Positions 48,401 through 62,082 of a stretch of DNA of 64,000 nucleotides are shown here, piece by piece. The position numbers were made by a program, and so were the translations under genes. The DNA is taken from NCBI GenBank assembly GCA_051362555.1, contig CM120641.1:9486001-9550000 (forward strand), given 5' to 3'. Under the pieces are notes generated by a model. The model searched no databases. It was not told where the DNA came from and saw only the letters and a program-made list of their open reading frames with translations. Origin of the DNA: Lingula anatina (Eukaryota; Animalia; Brachiopoda). Each line of letters starts with the position of its first letter. The stretch's first letter is position 1.

Positions 48401-51400
48401 CATTTTATCGTTCATGTTGTAACTCAATCATCGTAATTTTCTAAGTACTATTATTGGGCTTAAATTACAATTTTCTTGGCATAATTTTATTACTATTATT
48501 ATTATTAGCTGAACTGCTATAATCTTAACTTAAGTACTGCTGCTGATGACTATTATTTTACAGGAAAGTTTGCTATTTTGCGATAAGCGTTAATAGTAAT
48601 TTTTTTATTCTAACGTCAAAATGAATATTTGTATTAGTTTCAAATGTAACAAACAAATATAGAAAATAATACCCGAAATAATCAAATAAAACAAATCCAC
48701 TTGTATCGTTTGTGTGTAGAGTATATATTTAATATTTGAATATTTGGATTTTTACTGTAATCCGATGTAGTCTGAGAAGAGGGCTGAAATGCCAGGTTTA
48801 TTGTGTCTCTTACTGTCTGTGTATGGAACGATGGGGGCGATGTTTAGGGAGACACTTAATTTATAAGAAAACAGTGTATCAATAGACACGAAGCTGGTGA
48901 ATAGAAAGTACACACCGCGACAATCTTAAGTGAATTCGAACATTCACCAGCCAACGCTTTTGACATTTGCTGTCACATACCACGCATCAAGTCGCTTTAC
49001 AATCTGGCTTGGCACTATTCTTTTTACCCAAATTGGGCCACCAGCATTCTAAACACTCATCCATGCTTGTCCATCAGATGTACCACATCACCCAAAGTCA
49101 GTCAGGTTGAGAGAATGTAGAATTATCCGTCACATTAAGAGGGCATTTCTCAAAGAAATTACTACAAAGAAATAAACAATAGAGTAAACAGGTGGAGGGA
49201 GTTTAGAGATATGTAAACCAAACCACGTTGAAGATACCTTGGTTTCTATTTAGCACCTACGCCCCTTAAAATACAAATTGATAAACGAAATCCCATTATT
49301 AATATATAAGATACAATTTGTCCTCGTTAAATTTTCCACCTTTTTAGGTGTATTGGTTGTGTGGTTGTGTTTAACCCACGTGACAGGCTACATATCAGGT
49401 AAACCGGTTCGTTTTATATTTTCAACAATCTTTTTTATGAAATTGATATTTGTGACCATCATCATTTCTTTAAAATGATTCGCCCTTGATAATGGGATGT
49501 CAACATCACAGGATTTTTAAATGCTGACGTCAAAAAATCGTCTATTAACATGCGATATATGAGTTTGGCAGTTTCTGAAACTAATAGTTAACATACCTCA
49601 ACTTTTTGTCGGTATTAATGGGTTTCTTGAAATAGAAAACGATTTAAAAAGGGAATGGCGATTTTAAAGAGACAAAAAACTCTCCGCCCACATAATCAGA
49701 TCTAGATTATTTACACCTAAATCATTAACCATACAACACACCTGATGTCGTCATATTAATATTTTGTTCAAAGTGTCATTATTAATCGCGCGCAATTTTT
49801 TATTTAATTTTTTTATTGTTGGATCAATTTCTCGATGTATAAATACATCAAACAGTAACATCGATGCTCGAGAGTGTTTTATTCTTTCTCAATAATTACT
49901 GTACTTTTCTGTCACAGTTAAGTTATTTTAAGTCTCAGGTGATATATTCGGTGTGCTCAGCGGAGACGTTCGCCACCTGCAGCTAGTCTCTAATGACATG
50001 CACCGTCATGTAACTAATTGGCACCGCAAGGGACTCTTCCATAACATTGCAGGATATGATCCACTTTCGAGAAAAATTATATTACTAAAGGGCACTTTTA
50101 TACAATTAAGTCCATTTGGGTTTATTAATTATGGAGTAAAGGTAAAAATTGTGATCAAAATCATCCCCAGGAGCGTGGAGCATTGCAAATGATTTTTCTT
50201 TTTTTTTTCAACCTCTTTGTTAAAGATATTTGGATGATGAAATGCATATTTCTTCAGATTTTATTTACAGCGTCAAGTATTTTTGTGATGATGATGGAAA
50301 TGCAGCAAAACTTGTCTATTAAACCACATACCTCTGTGCTGTTTTTAATTGTGATATATTTTTTAAAAACATTATTCACAATGTCATTTATGACGTTGAT
50401 TATTTTGTGGATCAGATGAATTTAATTGTCTCCTGTATCAGGTGACAATGGTCTTCATTTACCGCTGTTGTAATTGTATTGATTATTTGTCAGATAAACA
50501 TTTCAGGAAAAAAGGTATTTTACATTCCCACTTTATAGAACAAAGTTCTTTTGGCGTTTAAAAACACGTGATCATAAATCGAATAGCATTGCACAACCAT
50601 ACGAGTTCCTTTGATTTATGTATCCGATTGCAAATGCCTGAAAAAAAGGAGAACGGTCTGCATTTTTAAATTAAATTGATTAATTAATTCATTGCACTTA
50701 ACTTTTGATAGCAGCAGGTGTGAAAATGAAATAGAGAGACGGAAAAAAGGACGTCCCCAATATCCTGCGATGCAGTTGGCCCTGCATCAGTTTTCTCCGC
50801 ATGTCCCCCGGTCGGACCTCTAATCAATCAACGCTGTCAACACTCGGCAGTACTACAGGTGCACGTCAGCGGGTTATTAATGTCACCTTTCTGCTGTGGT
50901 ATTAAAGGTAAGAGCAAAAACCATGAAATTGAGAATTTGAAGAAAATGGCTGCGTGAGTACAGATTGTTACGATCAACGAACGAACTCGGAGGCCTATTA
51001 AAGTCTGTGAATTATTTTAAGTGTCATGAATCTGAAAGTCGTACTTTTTTCTCGTTTTTAATTGATTTTTTTTCGTTTTCCAACACCTGGTAAGTGAAAT
51101 AAAGTCACGCATCGACACCGGTGAGGTGAATTTTAAAATAGAAATATAATTGTAAAGAGCCGAAAACTCGGGTTTACCCAGTAAAACCTTACGAGTGCCA
51201 TCTGTAGCAAACATCCTTGCATCATCAGAGGGAGATATAAATATTACAGCTTTTTAAGTTTCTAAAAATACGCCGCCCTTACAAAATTAGTATACTTAAT
51301 GTATGTTATATTTCTGTCGGAGAATCAGTCAGGATCTCGGCCGCGTTTCAGTCGGTTGCCTCAAAGGTGTTAATGGACGATGGGCGTGTGCCTAAATTTA

Positions 51401-54400
51401 TTTAGCGTGTCGCAATTTAGCTTCGGACGACACCCACCATCTTGTTCGGCTGATGCGCTTACAAATGGCGTAAGTAGGTGATTTGAGTCTTATCATTTCT
51501 CAGCCGCTTGATTTTCAAAAGAGTTCGACATAATGGCCTTGTACGACTCTGATAATTAGTGAAGAAGAAGTACCTGACATAAATCATTTTGGTATAGCAG
51601 GGAGGAGTTGCCTTAGCGGCTTATCTAACCACGCGGTTCCGTTTCCTCCCAAATTCCATGTGCTCATCACTTTTATGGAATTTTATTATTGTGAATAATA
51701 AGGAAACGTTGATTGATTTTATGGGTTAAATGGGCTTATTTGAAAATAGAGATTATTTTCTTTAAATTGCGTCATAATTCCGTGCATTTTAAGTTAATGC
51801 TTCGAGATGGAGATACTTTATTATTTACTACATCTTCCAAATTCATCTCAGAACGGTACTTTTTCAGGAGTACTTTCTATAAATAACTCGAAAAATATAT
51901 AAAAGGCACTGCTACATGATTTGATACAGTTAATTACCTTTGTAACTTTCACCCCACCCACCCCACCCATTTTTAGGGTACACGAGCATCATTGCTGTGA
52001 AAAGATTTATGTCTGTACAACACGCAGTACAGTTTATCGTTTCATCAACTTAACAGTCGCTAACTTAAGCTTTCAACAGACTAATATTTTTTGCAAAAGT
52101 GCATTATACATATTTAATATCTACCTCTATGGATGGTATATATGTAAAGTGTCTACCCATGGTAACTCAACCAAATAAACGGCCACACTCATATGAATTT
52201 TTGATTAAGAGTCTTTGTTTAACTGACGCATCGATCTGAATAAAATTATTGATGGGCAAATTCTAATTTATATTCAACTTATTCAAGCTAAATATAAGAA
52301 TAATGAGTTTGATTGCATACTTACAGCTCTAACTATTCCTCCCTTTCTTTCAACACTCACATGGGGTTCTTCAATTGCCTTTCAAGCAAGCGCACGGTTT
52401 AAAAGATTTTATGGTCACGTTAGGCGATTGCGTGGCAAGATGAATATAGAATGTTGTGATATTTATAAATTAATGAGACACTTCTGCCTAAGTGAGAAAC
52501 GGCGAGTATAAAATATGGCAAAAACGCAAGAAGAGAGAAAATAAATTCTACCTGTAGTATTTAGCCTTTTGATCCTTGAAAATAATTCCCGTAGTTCTTC
52601 ATGTGTCCTTTAGTTCCTGTAACTTTTTACTCCTTTTTCCGCCTACATAAAATGTATCTTTGCGACAGCCCCTAATTGCAACCTTATTGAACTGACCAAT
52701 GGTCTAACTATACCTACCCGTTCTCTCTACTACTAATCCCCGCTGTTAATCGCAGGCAAGATTAAGGTATCAAATGAAGGGGATTTACTAACTGATATAT
52801 ACAACCTCAGCAAACATCTAAATACTGATAAGTACAGCCAGAATTGTTGTCACCGATAACATTCGTCTTACGGAAAAAGTACCATAAATATGGGTCCACA
52901 GTGTCACCTTAGGTGAAAAACAAGCAGCCAGAAACAATAAACAGGCGAAAAACACCTTACCGTTTTCCTTTTGTTCCGGTTTCAGCTTTAAATTATGGTA
53001 TCGTTCGTTGAACTCTGATTGAAAGTCGGTTTGAGAGATAGACGATAGGCGTAGGTAGGCTCTAGAATATATGTCGTTCTTTTCACTTAGTGTGTCGAAT
53101 CAGAACGCTTAACGTCACGGCGCTCACCCTAGTGTGTCTTATTTGGCTTTGATACCTTTTTATCTCATCGTTATATCAACGATTTGTGCCTTAGAATTAT
53201 TCGTCCCGTTAAACACGCGACGTTTTAGTCCATTTACTATGTTACGGGCTCTTTACAAAATAGTAGCTTCAGTCTACTTACTTCTGTTCACGTTAACATT
53301 TCCCTCCAAATCCAAGTCCGTTGCGGAAGACGACGCGTTGAAAACGTGCGACCGTCTTGTCCTATTATATCGTCAGTGCTAAGAAATTAGAAAAACCGGT
53401 ATGGATTATTGGATCTTGTGACATTACCTTCACTATATACTCTGGTTTTATATTCTAGTCCTAGTACATCCGTGGGTTTCATATTCCAAGGAATTCCAGC
53501 CGAAGACATTAAGCACATCAAACTGACCAGTTCTCGACTGCAGTTGTGTTCGTGTCCAGCGACGCCTGATTACTTAGTTTTGTGTAGCTTGCGTAAACTC
53601 TTTAAACAGGTTCAGAAGGATTCCAAGTGGGTGTCTCACAACTCCAAGACACACAGAATATAAAGTCAAGATGTTTGCGGTGGTCACTCTTAGGAGGTCT
53701 CGGCCTCTTACTTGCACGCGGAACAAAGAGTTAACAAATCCCCATAAGACCAAAACAAAGCAAGATATCTCGGTCGCCTACGATTTTCTGACACCCGGCT
53801 CCCCAGTGTCTCGAGCTCTGCTAACACTCTCTCCTACACTGAGTCAGGTGTGCACCGTTAAGGAGATGATATTGCACTAAACACTTAGTTTAACCGTACA
53901 GTGGCTGGTTAGGGAGAGAGACAAAAACATCTCATAATTCATAAGGCCAGCATAATTTTTCATTGCGGCCTCAAAGAGGTACGTAATCAATTGTATTCAT
54001 ATGGAATGTTTGGGGAAGGATTACATATTCATGATGCGTACATTCCTGTGTCAGTGTCTAGAGGACGGTGACAGAAATGATGGACCATGATTTCGCTGGA
54101 GACACTCCGTAGAGACGGGAACTGTGAGATAATTAATGTAACTTCAGCGTGGTCCAGCAGTAAATGCGCTGTGACACACATTTTCAAGGAGACCAAAACC
54201 TCTTCCTCGTCCTTTGATGCTCAGTATGACATTATTCATTACTGTGACACTCATATATTTCTTTATGTGTTTATTGAGATAAGAAAGTTGGTTTGAAAAA
54301 GACAAGCTAAGACGCTAGTTCTAGTTTTTTTTTATTAATTTTATTTAAATGTGCCTTCAATTTAATATATCTTATTCAGTAGAATATATACGGTAATTTT

Positions 54401-56472
54401 CTGTCAAGTTTACTCAGTACCTTCCTATATCGATCCTATCGTTAAAAGTTCAAAGCTTTTTTCTAAATTGAATTAGACGTTCTTTTGAATATGCTTGCAC
54501 AAACTTTAGATGTCTGTAAAAATTCCCTCGTTGCGGGTGTAAAGTCTTTTCGATAGTTTTTACTTTGTGAAAAAGATCTATACAAAAGCACGCGCGCTAA
54601 GTCAAGTGACATTAAGAATTGAAATTCAATTTTCCCGCACATTTCGGAATGTCAGAAGTAAAAAACCAGTGGCACTTGAAAGAGAGGGGAGGTGTAAGAT
54701 ACTTTCATGCTTTTGACAAACACATCGCTGTAATTCAGGACCCGAAAACAACGAGAAAACCAGCCCATAGTCTTCAGAAAATTAAGCCGTTTCACACACA
54801 AAAAAGCAATTTTACTCAAAAGAATATATTCAAAGAATTCGTGTACCTCAAATGAAGATACAAAACATTTTTTATGTTGCATAAATCTAATAATGTTTTC
54901 ATCAACTACACAAATTAACCTGATTTAACTTTTGTTTGAAAATTTTGCGTCCTTCCTGCATCACAGTTTTGCTTTATCAAATTAATAAAACAAAAGATAA
55001 ATTGCGCTGATTGCCTGTAAATAATGCAAGATCAATTCGGGAGACATCAATGATGTAATCAAAGTAAACGGAAATATCCTTGATGTAATCTATAGTTTCA
55101 GGTATTGTAGAAATCTTCTGTCCTTAAAAATATCTACAGTTTTGATATAATGGTAATAAAGAAATAATATTTACAACAAGTGTAATCAGCGTGAGCAACT
55201 GTTATGTTTTAAATCGTCTTACCTACAAGGGAACCCAACAGATGGGTTAAATACCAAACTGTAGTGTTAACATATTACAACATTAAGCGGAGAGATTGCT
55301 ACCAAATGCATACACATTTGGTGTGGATTTCTGCCAGCTGGTTCTCACTAGATTCGTTTACGGTTTGGTGGTGTGGGAGGAGGGGTTATTTGAGAGAAAA
55401 GAGAGGGAGAGATTAACTTTTAAAGCAAGGACTGTTCTTCCCAATTTTAGTGACATTTTGAAAATCGTTTTCCGTTACACTTTAGAGACAGGTTTGGGGT
55501 GATATATAGACCTGCAGAGTTTTTAAAGAAATGGATACCATAAGGGCGTATATCTATTGACTGTATCCAGTAACGTAGTAATAATAACCGACGAACATCA
55601 TTCAACACTGAGACATTCAGACTGTTATGAAAAGTAAACTGACAAGTGATTTTTTTACAAAGACTGCTTATGTAAACTAGGAGATGCCGTAGACAATTTT
55701 TACGACACAAAATGAACAATGACCTAAGACACATGCAAAATTATCCATCCTTTTCTATGCCGTTTTTCCTTCCTTCCCTCTCTGAAAATGTTAGAAAACC
55801 CTGAATGCTACCAGACGTAGGCTTGTTGCGGTTTTTAAAAGTAAAAACAAAGCTGTTGACCCGTGAAGAAAAAGTAATAACATTTTTGTAAACTCTTGTA
55901 AGTATTTTCCCCTCAAATTGATTTTCCAGAAGGCTAGGTCCGCCAGATGTTAGCTTTCTATGACTAAGTCGTTTAACTGACACTGGGAAGGTCGTCAAAT
56001 GCGGAAGCAAAAAAAGGCACCTTGATGAAAAAATTCTCAACAATCGCATTTTATTGATACTCATTTTTAAGTGGAAAGGCGTGTACAATTTCATCACTCA
56101 CTTACAGAATGATGCTTAAATTATAGAAAATAAAGCAGCGAGGTGAATTTCAATTCTTTGTAGATATTCAGAGGTGCTTGGAAATAAATAAAAAACAATC
56201 GACTACAAGAATAACTTTTTAGCGGCTTCATTTTTTTGTTTGCAGCAATAAAATAGATAAATGTCTTTTTATATGTACCATAGTTTCAGATATACCAGTT
56301 ACAACATGTAACGAGACAAGGTTAAGGCATTCATCCCCCCTCCAACCTTTAACAATAAAAGCGAGCAGGACAAAACAGATCTTTCTAAATTGGATTCATT
56401 TTTTTTTTTTGCTTTACACACAAATTATAAAATTATATTGACAATAGCAATATCATTACAGTTACCAAGTTG

Positions 56473-57311
56473 TCAGTGGCAACCACAAGAATCAACTATC
56501 ATGTCTTCGTATTTTCTTAAAACAACGTTGTCATGGTTGTCGAAATATAACATTGACATGGCAGAAAGATGGGTTGGCGCACAGCAGGCGCGTGGCACAG
56601 TCGACGGATACATTGAATTGACTAAATTCTGGATAATCGCATGGTTAGTCCCATTTAAATGTTCGTTCAGTGGAAACGGGCAATCGCCTTGACAACGATA
56701 AGCTTGATAGACAACAGGGGAGATTATCCACTTTGCCCAGCCGACATCTTTAAAATCGATGAACAACGCGTGGCGGCGACAAAGATTGCTGCGTGCGAAA
56801 TTTATTGTTGGCTTCGAACGCCGGACTCTGTGGTGACATTTTGATGTGTCGCTGGTAACGACTAGTAGAGAGATCGAACTACTTTCTAGATTTGAACACA
56901 ACGAGTCGCGGTTTTCGACTGAATTCGATTCTAATGGTTCATGAAGTAAGTAAAGGCCATGGTTTTTGGTGGGATTTTCCGACCAAAATTTGACGATTTC
57001 AATTAGGTCTGGTGATTGCCATGAATCCAGCGAGTCATTTTCAGTGTTCAGCTCAAATACTGATGAAGATATGTGTTTTAGGTGCAGTGAGTCAATTGAA
57101 CTGGAAATTCTGATATTTAAAGTGCGTCGAATTTGGTAAATGCTTATCTTGCACTTCTGTGAATTCTCCGCTCTGTCCTGTTTTGTCAACTGAGATGATT
57201 CTATTCGCAGTTCAGCCCGGGTGACCGACTCTAACGCTGGGACCACGGACAGATTAAAAAATATCCTTACTCCGTTTGGATGAAATCGTAAGTCTTGGTC
57301 TTTTGGAGGAC
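56473..57311 (-). CDS. GDF1/3: GDF1/3-like last coding exon
   Basis: ORF 56473..57246 extended ([25 protein letters not shown]) to acceptor at 57312-57313. Confidence 0.9.
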
Positions 57312-58872
57312 CTGAAATAATAAAAGTAATCTACAGATAAGACGCGCTGACGACTTCGGGGTAATTTCAGTTCGGCGCACTGCTCTTTTTCTCCTTTCTG
57401 TACCTCTCTAGAAAAAGCAAAAAAGCTGAAAATTAAAATGACATTTAGTTTTGTCCAAGGGTCACCTCATCTGTCAGCTTCTTCCACCTAACCCAAATAT
57501 GCTGCATATTCATTTTCATGAAAACCTAATAAGATTCAATGATGCTCGTATTAGGCTTAAATAAATTCAAATCTCTTTCCAGGTTTTTGTGTTGTAATGA
57601 TGATTGTATTATTGATTTGGCCATGAAAAATGAAATGTTTAAGATAAGGTATTTTACCTTAGCATACATATGAACACAAATAGAAGATATAAAAGCAAAA
57701 CTGTTAAGCAATGCCGTCGTCCTATTTGGCAATGATCGTAAAAAAAACAAAACAAAACAACGTTCAAAGATAAATCGGTTAAAAGACAACGGGAAAAAAA
57801 CTGAATACTTAAAAAAATCCAGTTAGTCATCACGTGAATCCTTTTTGCTTGATCAGCCTGCCAAAAATCGTTGTTTGTTTCTTGTCCGTTCCAAATTGAT
57901 GTGTGCCTTGAGTCACGCACTATATATCACAGCTAAATTATCATTGACAGTAATCATAGTGATTTTCATCTTTAAAGAACCAGAAACTGCTAGCTACCCA
58001 GTCAGAAAACTTAATTTACTGTCTTATTAGATGAAACGAAACACTTTTGACGATAAAGCAAACTAAGCTCAAGTTTCTTGAATACTGAGCTTTGGATAAT
58101 CTTTTCTTAAAAAATGAATGTTGATACTTATTTTGTAGGAATCTGATTGAATCAACAACAAAGCAGAATTTACGAAAATTTCCATCTATGCTTAACAAAA
58201 TTGCAAGACAAAACCTGGAAACAAGGAAAAATCAAAATATTCATATGAGTATTCAATATAAATACATTATATTTCTTTCGAATAGTAAATTATTGCACCC
58301 TTGATTTTATAAGGAGATAAGTTAAAAAATAATACAAAATTGTGACTTAGTTTAGATTTCAAAAGAAGCACAACCAGAAAAAAATATGCAAACTCTGATC
58401 GGCTCGTAATGTGAACTCGAAGTATTGTATATTAGACGCTTTATCAAATATAGGATGCATGTTGCTTACCCTTATTCCGCAAACTCCTTATGACGTTCCC
58501 AGGGATGCTCTGGTCAGAGAAATGACATCTTGCCTGGTCCCTTTCTTCAGACAGCCTAACTTTTTCGTACAGCTGGTACATAAAACCAGGTACAGTTGAA
58601 TTAGGCTTGGGACTGGGCCTTTCACTCAATCCGAAGAGTTTGAGCATCTTCAGTTCATCGTGTTGGCTACGACTATGGCTAATGTCACTCTGCACCAGAT
58701 GAGCCGCCGTTTCCAGGTGCTCCTCCCCGTCCACTGTTGTGTGACCTCTAAGGATCGCCCCCTGGTGCATCTTGATCGCTGTCTGAAGCCCTACCGCCGT
58801 GGAACTCAGTCGAACGGCCATGAACAGAAATAAGTAACATACTCCACCGCCGGGGGAATCTGGCAATTGCAT
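56473..58872 (-). CDS. GDF1/3: GDF1/3 (univin/Vg1)-like TGF-beta ligand, complement(join(56473..57311,58470..58872)), 413 aa
   Basis: Mature domain with [10 protein letters not shown] and [26 protein letters not shown] (univin-type); prodomain C....PGNVIR and SLLVV.....C..RVRR (Vg1-type); 7 conserved Cys; phase-1 intron G|GTAAGC...tttcAG. Confidence 0.85.
58470..58872 (-). CDS. GDF1/3: GDF1/3-like first coding exon
   Basis: ORF 58444..58872; signal peptide, [20 protein letters not shown]; ATG in GAAAATG context; probable acceptor at 58888-58889. Confidence 0.9.
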
Positions 58873-61163
58873 TTTCGCAAACGTGCCCTGAAAGCAGTCA
58901 GTCTAAGTTAAATACCATTCACCACTTACGGGTTTACACCTGCTACTAAAGTGCGAATGGAGGCTTTGAGGAGAGATATTGCAATCTGCTCAAACACTGT
59001 CCAAGTTCTGTACTCGATGTTGTTTGTTTCCCAACTGCTGAATTTTATCTTCACAGTGTGTCCAGGTGGGGAAAAGATATTGCAGACGATCACTACGAGG
59101 TTACAGAACTTAAAACTTTTTCTTCTAAAAGTTATACCTCAGAGGAAGCCGGGGCTCTCACTTCGGTGCACTGTTTCAATGTTTATGGTTTTTCGGCGAT
59201 AGTTGACAAAAATACTCACAAAATCAGTTGCAAGGTTTTGCTTGCCTAGCTTTTAACATGTTTGTCCCGCTTTTGAAGGGACGGTATAAGGTGGCATAGA
59301 TGACAAATGCACACGATACTCAAACCCACAAGATTGTTTAAGAAATCGTGTCTTTTGGCGCTTCCGTTCGATCTCCTTTGCCGACGACGACGAAAGTGAA
59401 TTTGATACAAGTAGGAACCTAATGTTAGTCCCAGTACGTTCTCTGCGAGAGGCACGTTCTATGTAGATTGTCACCTTACGGGATTGTCAAGTTGGAAGTC
59501 GTACACGCAAACAAACAGTTGCGGTAACTTTAAATAACTGCGCGTAGCTGCGTCAGGTTCGCTAAACCACGGTGCTTTGTCTCGTCGGTGGGTTTCATTT
59601 GCAAGGGTTGGTGACTGGTTCTAAATGACTCTAAATATATTTCTCGTTACCGATTTTCCCCTGTCTGCCTGCTGTAAAATTCTTTCCATCCTCTTGCTCC
59701 AGAAAATTCGTTATAGATTGATTGCTGCTGATGTTCTTGTCCTAGTGTGAAATTGGTCGGTCAAATATTGGAAAAAAATGCGCGCCCCTTGTCCACCCTT
59801 CTGGCCACCCTGGTCGAGGTCGTAGACGCTTGTTTGTTCAGCAGGTAATTGCCAAGTCCTTCTAGTAACGCAAAACTCGGTTATACTTACCACACCTGGA
59901 TTTAAAAGTAATTATCCATAATATGTACAACAATGGGCGACAGAAACTAGTTGTTTCTTGCACTTAAAGTAATCTTAAAACGGTCTACGCGCCCCTTGTC
60001 CCAGAACTCGCTGAAGTCAATGAATGCCCTGATCAAGATAAGGCTGACATAATATGTATTTTGGATTCGAGTTCAGCAACGTTGAAAAATTACTGTCGAA
60101 AATAATTAAGTAATCAAAGCAATACATCTCCTGCCATTTATCTCCTTTCATTTGTATGCATTAAGCCGAGTTCTTCTAAACGCACGTTGTGATCGGATTA
60201 CTTGTTAATCCGGATGCCTACCTTTTAAGTTTAGCTGTATCCAGGACAGGGGAGCCGTTTCTTTGCTGATAAAAATAATCTTACATGCCTATAATTGACT
60301 CCGAATCCGCACATTTCCCTGCTTCGTCAATCCAATCGCTATGCGGTACGTCTAAGCGACATAATGCGGGGACAGGCTTGAAATGGGAATTGTTTGGTTC
60401 ACTTCCTTAACTTTTATTAGAACTGAGAGCAAAACGAAATGATTTCGTGGTGGGACTTCGAGACAACTTAACTAATGCCCGACAAAAGTCAATTTTAAGA
60501 CCGACTGGAATTTTGGGTCACAAGAAAATGCCGTCAACCGGACAAATAACGAGAGTTTGGTTACTGTGGCCTGCTGTCCTGCGTGTATTGAGATACTTTC
60601 CATACCATATAAAACTTAATTGGGCTGAAGACTGTCCTGCATACCAAATAAAAGTAAAAGAAATATTGGGACAGTTACATGTCATACTTGAAACTAATAT
60701 ATCTTTTCAGTAAGCCATGCGCAGCTTTTCTCGGCGGGCCTTAGGATTTCGAAATAAGTATACATTGCACGGTATTCAACCGGCCTTTCAGTATTGATTT
60801 TGGTAGAAATGAAGACGTTATCGTGAGATTTTAGTTATCTTTATAATGAAGAATGCATTAGAAGGCCTATTACGTAAGGATGATAGGTTTTTAATAAAGT
60901 GAGATGAAAATGCTTATGGCGCCTAAAATCAGGTGGTCTCGCGCAAAAGCGCTTATTTTTTTTAAAGACTTACATTTGATTGAAGAATGGCATTAACATT
61001 TTATGTTCCCCCTTACCCCATACGTTTTTTCTGTGCTTCTAGTGCAGAGGCAATATTACCAAGACTGCCCCTCCCAATTCATCAAATGGTGTTTAATAAT
61101 TATGATGTTATCAAAGCTAATTTAGTGATCACCAGTTTTTAGTGACTTCCTTACCAGCATGTA

Positions 61164-62082
61164 CAGGGTCTCCGAGTATAATGTAACCAAAGAAGGCGTA
61201 CGCCATTATTTTTTGTTTACACACTTCATGCAGCTCATATTTTTCTGAAATCTGGAGAAGTTGGCAAACAAACAACATGTCACAAGTTCTACTGGCAAAG
61301 ATTTTTATAGCCATTTGTAGAATATGCTCCAAATGATCTCCATTCTGCTGAAGACACATTTGAATTCTACGGGCGAAGTTGCTAATGTCTTTGTTCTACT
61401 TTTCTTTTTGGCATAGCTCTGATTTCTTGAGTGATTGCTGGTCTGGTATAGTGTGGGGGTTGTTGCTGTAGACTAGTTCCTTCAAATACCCTCACATATA
61501 AAAATCCTAGGGGTTGAGTCCGGTGGAATACGAGGCCCCTCAAGTGCATGTTTGCGGCTGATAAATCGGTTGGAAAACGGGTCCAGCCAATCTAGATAAA
61601 CAATTGCTGTATGAGGGGTAGCCCCATCTTGGTGGTACCCCCTGAGCCCTGTTTGCACCGCTTCCACGGCTCTTGAGCCCCAGTCCATGCCAGAATTTGT
61701 TCAGAACCAAACGCGAACCTGAGTGGTTTCCGCATTACCCCGACCTCCACCCCCAGACTTTCATCTCTGTTGGTCGACAGGAACAATGCACACACCGTTC
61801 CAGAGCTGCAATCACTCAAGAAATCAGGGCTATACCATAAGAAGAGTACATCAACGACAACTTCGTCCGTAGAATTCAAGTTTGTCTCCAGAACAACGGA
61901 GCACATTTGGAGCATATTCTATAAATGACGATGAAATCTTTGCCAGAAGAGCTAGTGTCATGTTGTTTGTAGCAGTAGATTTGTTAACGAAGTTTTCGGA
62001 AATACATGGGTTGTATGTAGTTTGTAAACAAAAAATAAATGGCCTTCACATTCTTGGGTTACATTCATACTGAGACGCCCTG
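61164..62082. mobile_element. Degenerate Tc1/mariner-family element, fold-back of two 3' ends
   Basis: TA-CAGGG...CCCTG-TA ends; decayed transposase C-terminus on - strand (HQDGATPHTA..WL..F..RFISR..; CLQQNGDHLEHIL) and on + strand (EPEWFPHYPDLHP; CLQNNGAHLEHIL). Confidence 0.85.

Noticed and set aside
59750-59812. CTGGCCACCCTG resembling a hAT-type TIR (similar at ~35229)
   Set aside because: No partner end or TSD found.
58888-59890. 5' UTR structure of the GDF1/3-like gene (donors at 58929, 59219, 59890; TATTTAAA at 59536-59529)
   Set aside because: Several candidates; the nearest implies a 42-nt intron, which is suspiciously short. Cannot be resolved without transcripts.
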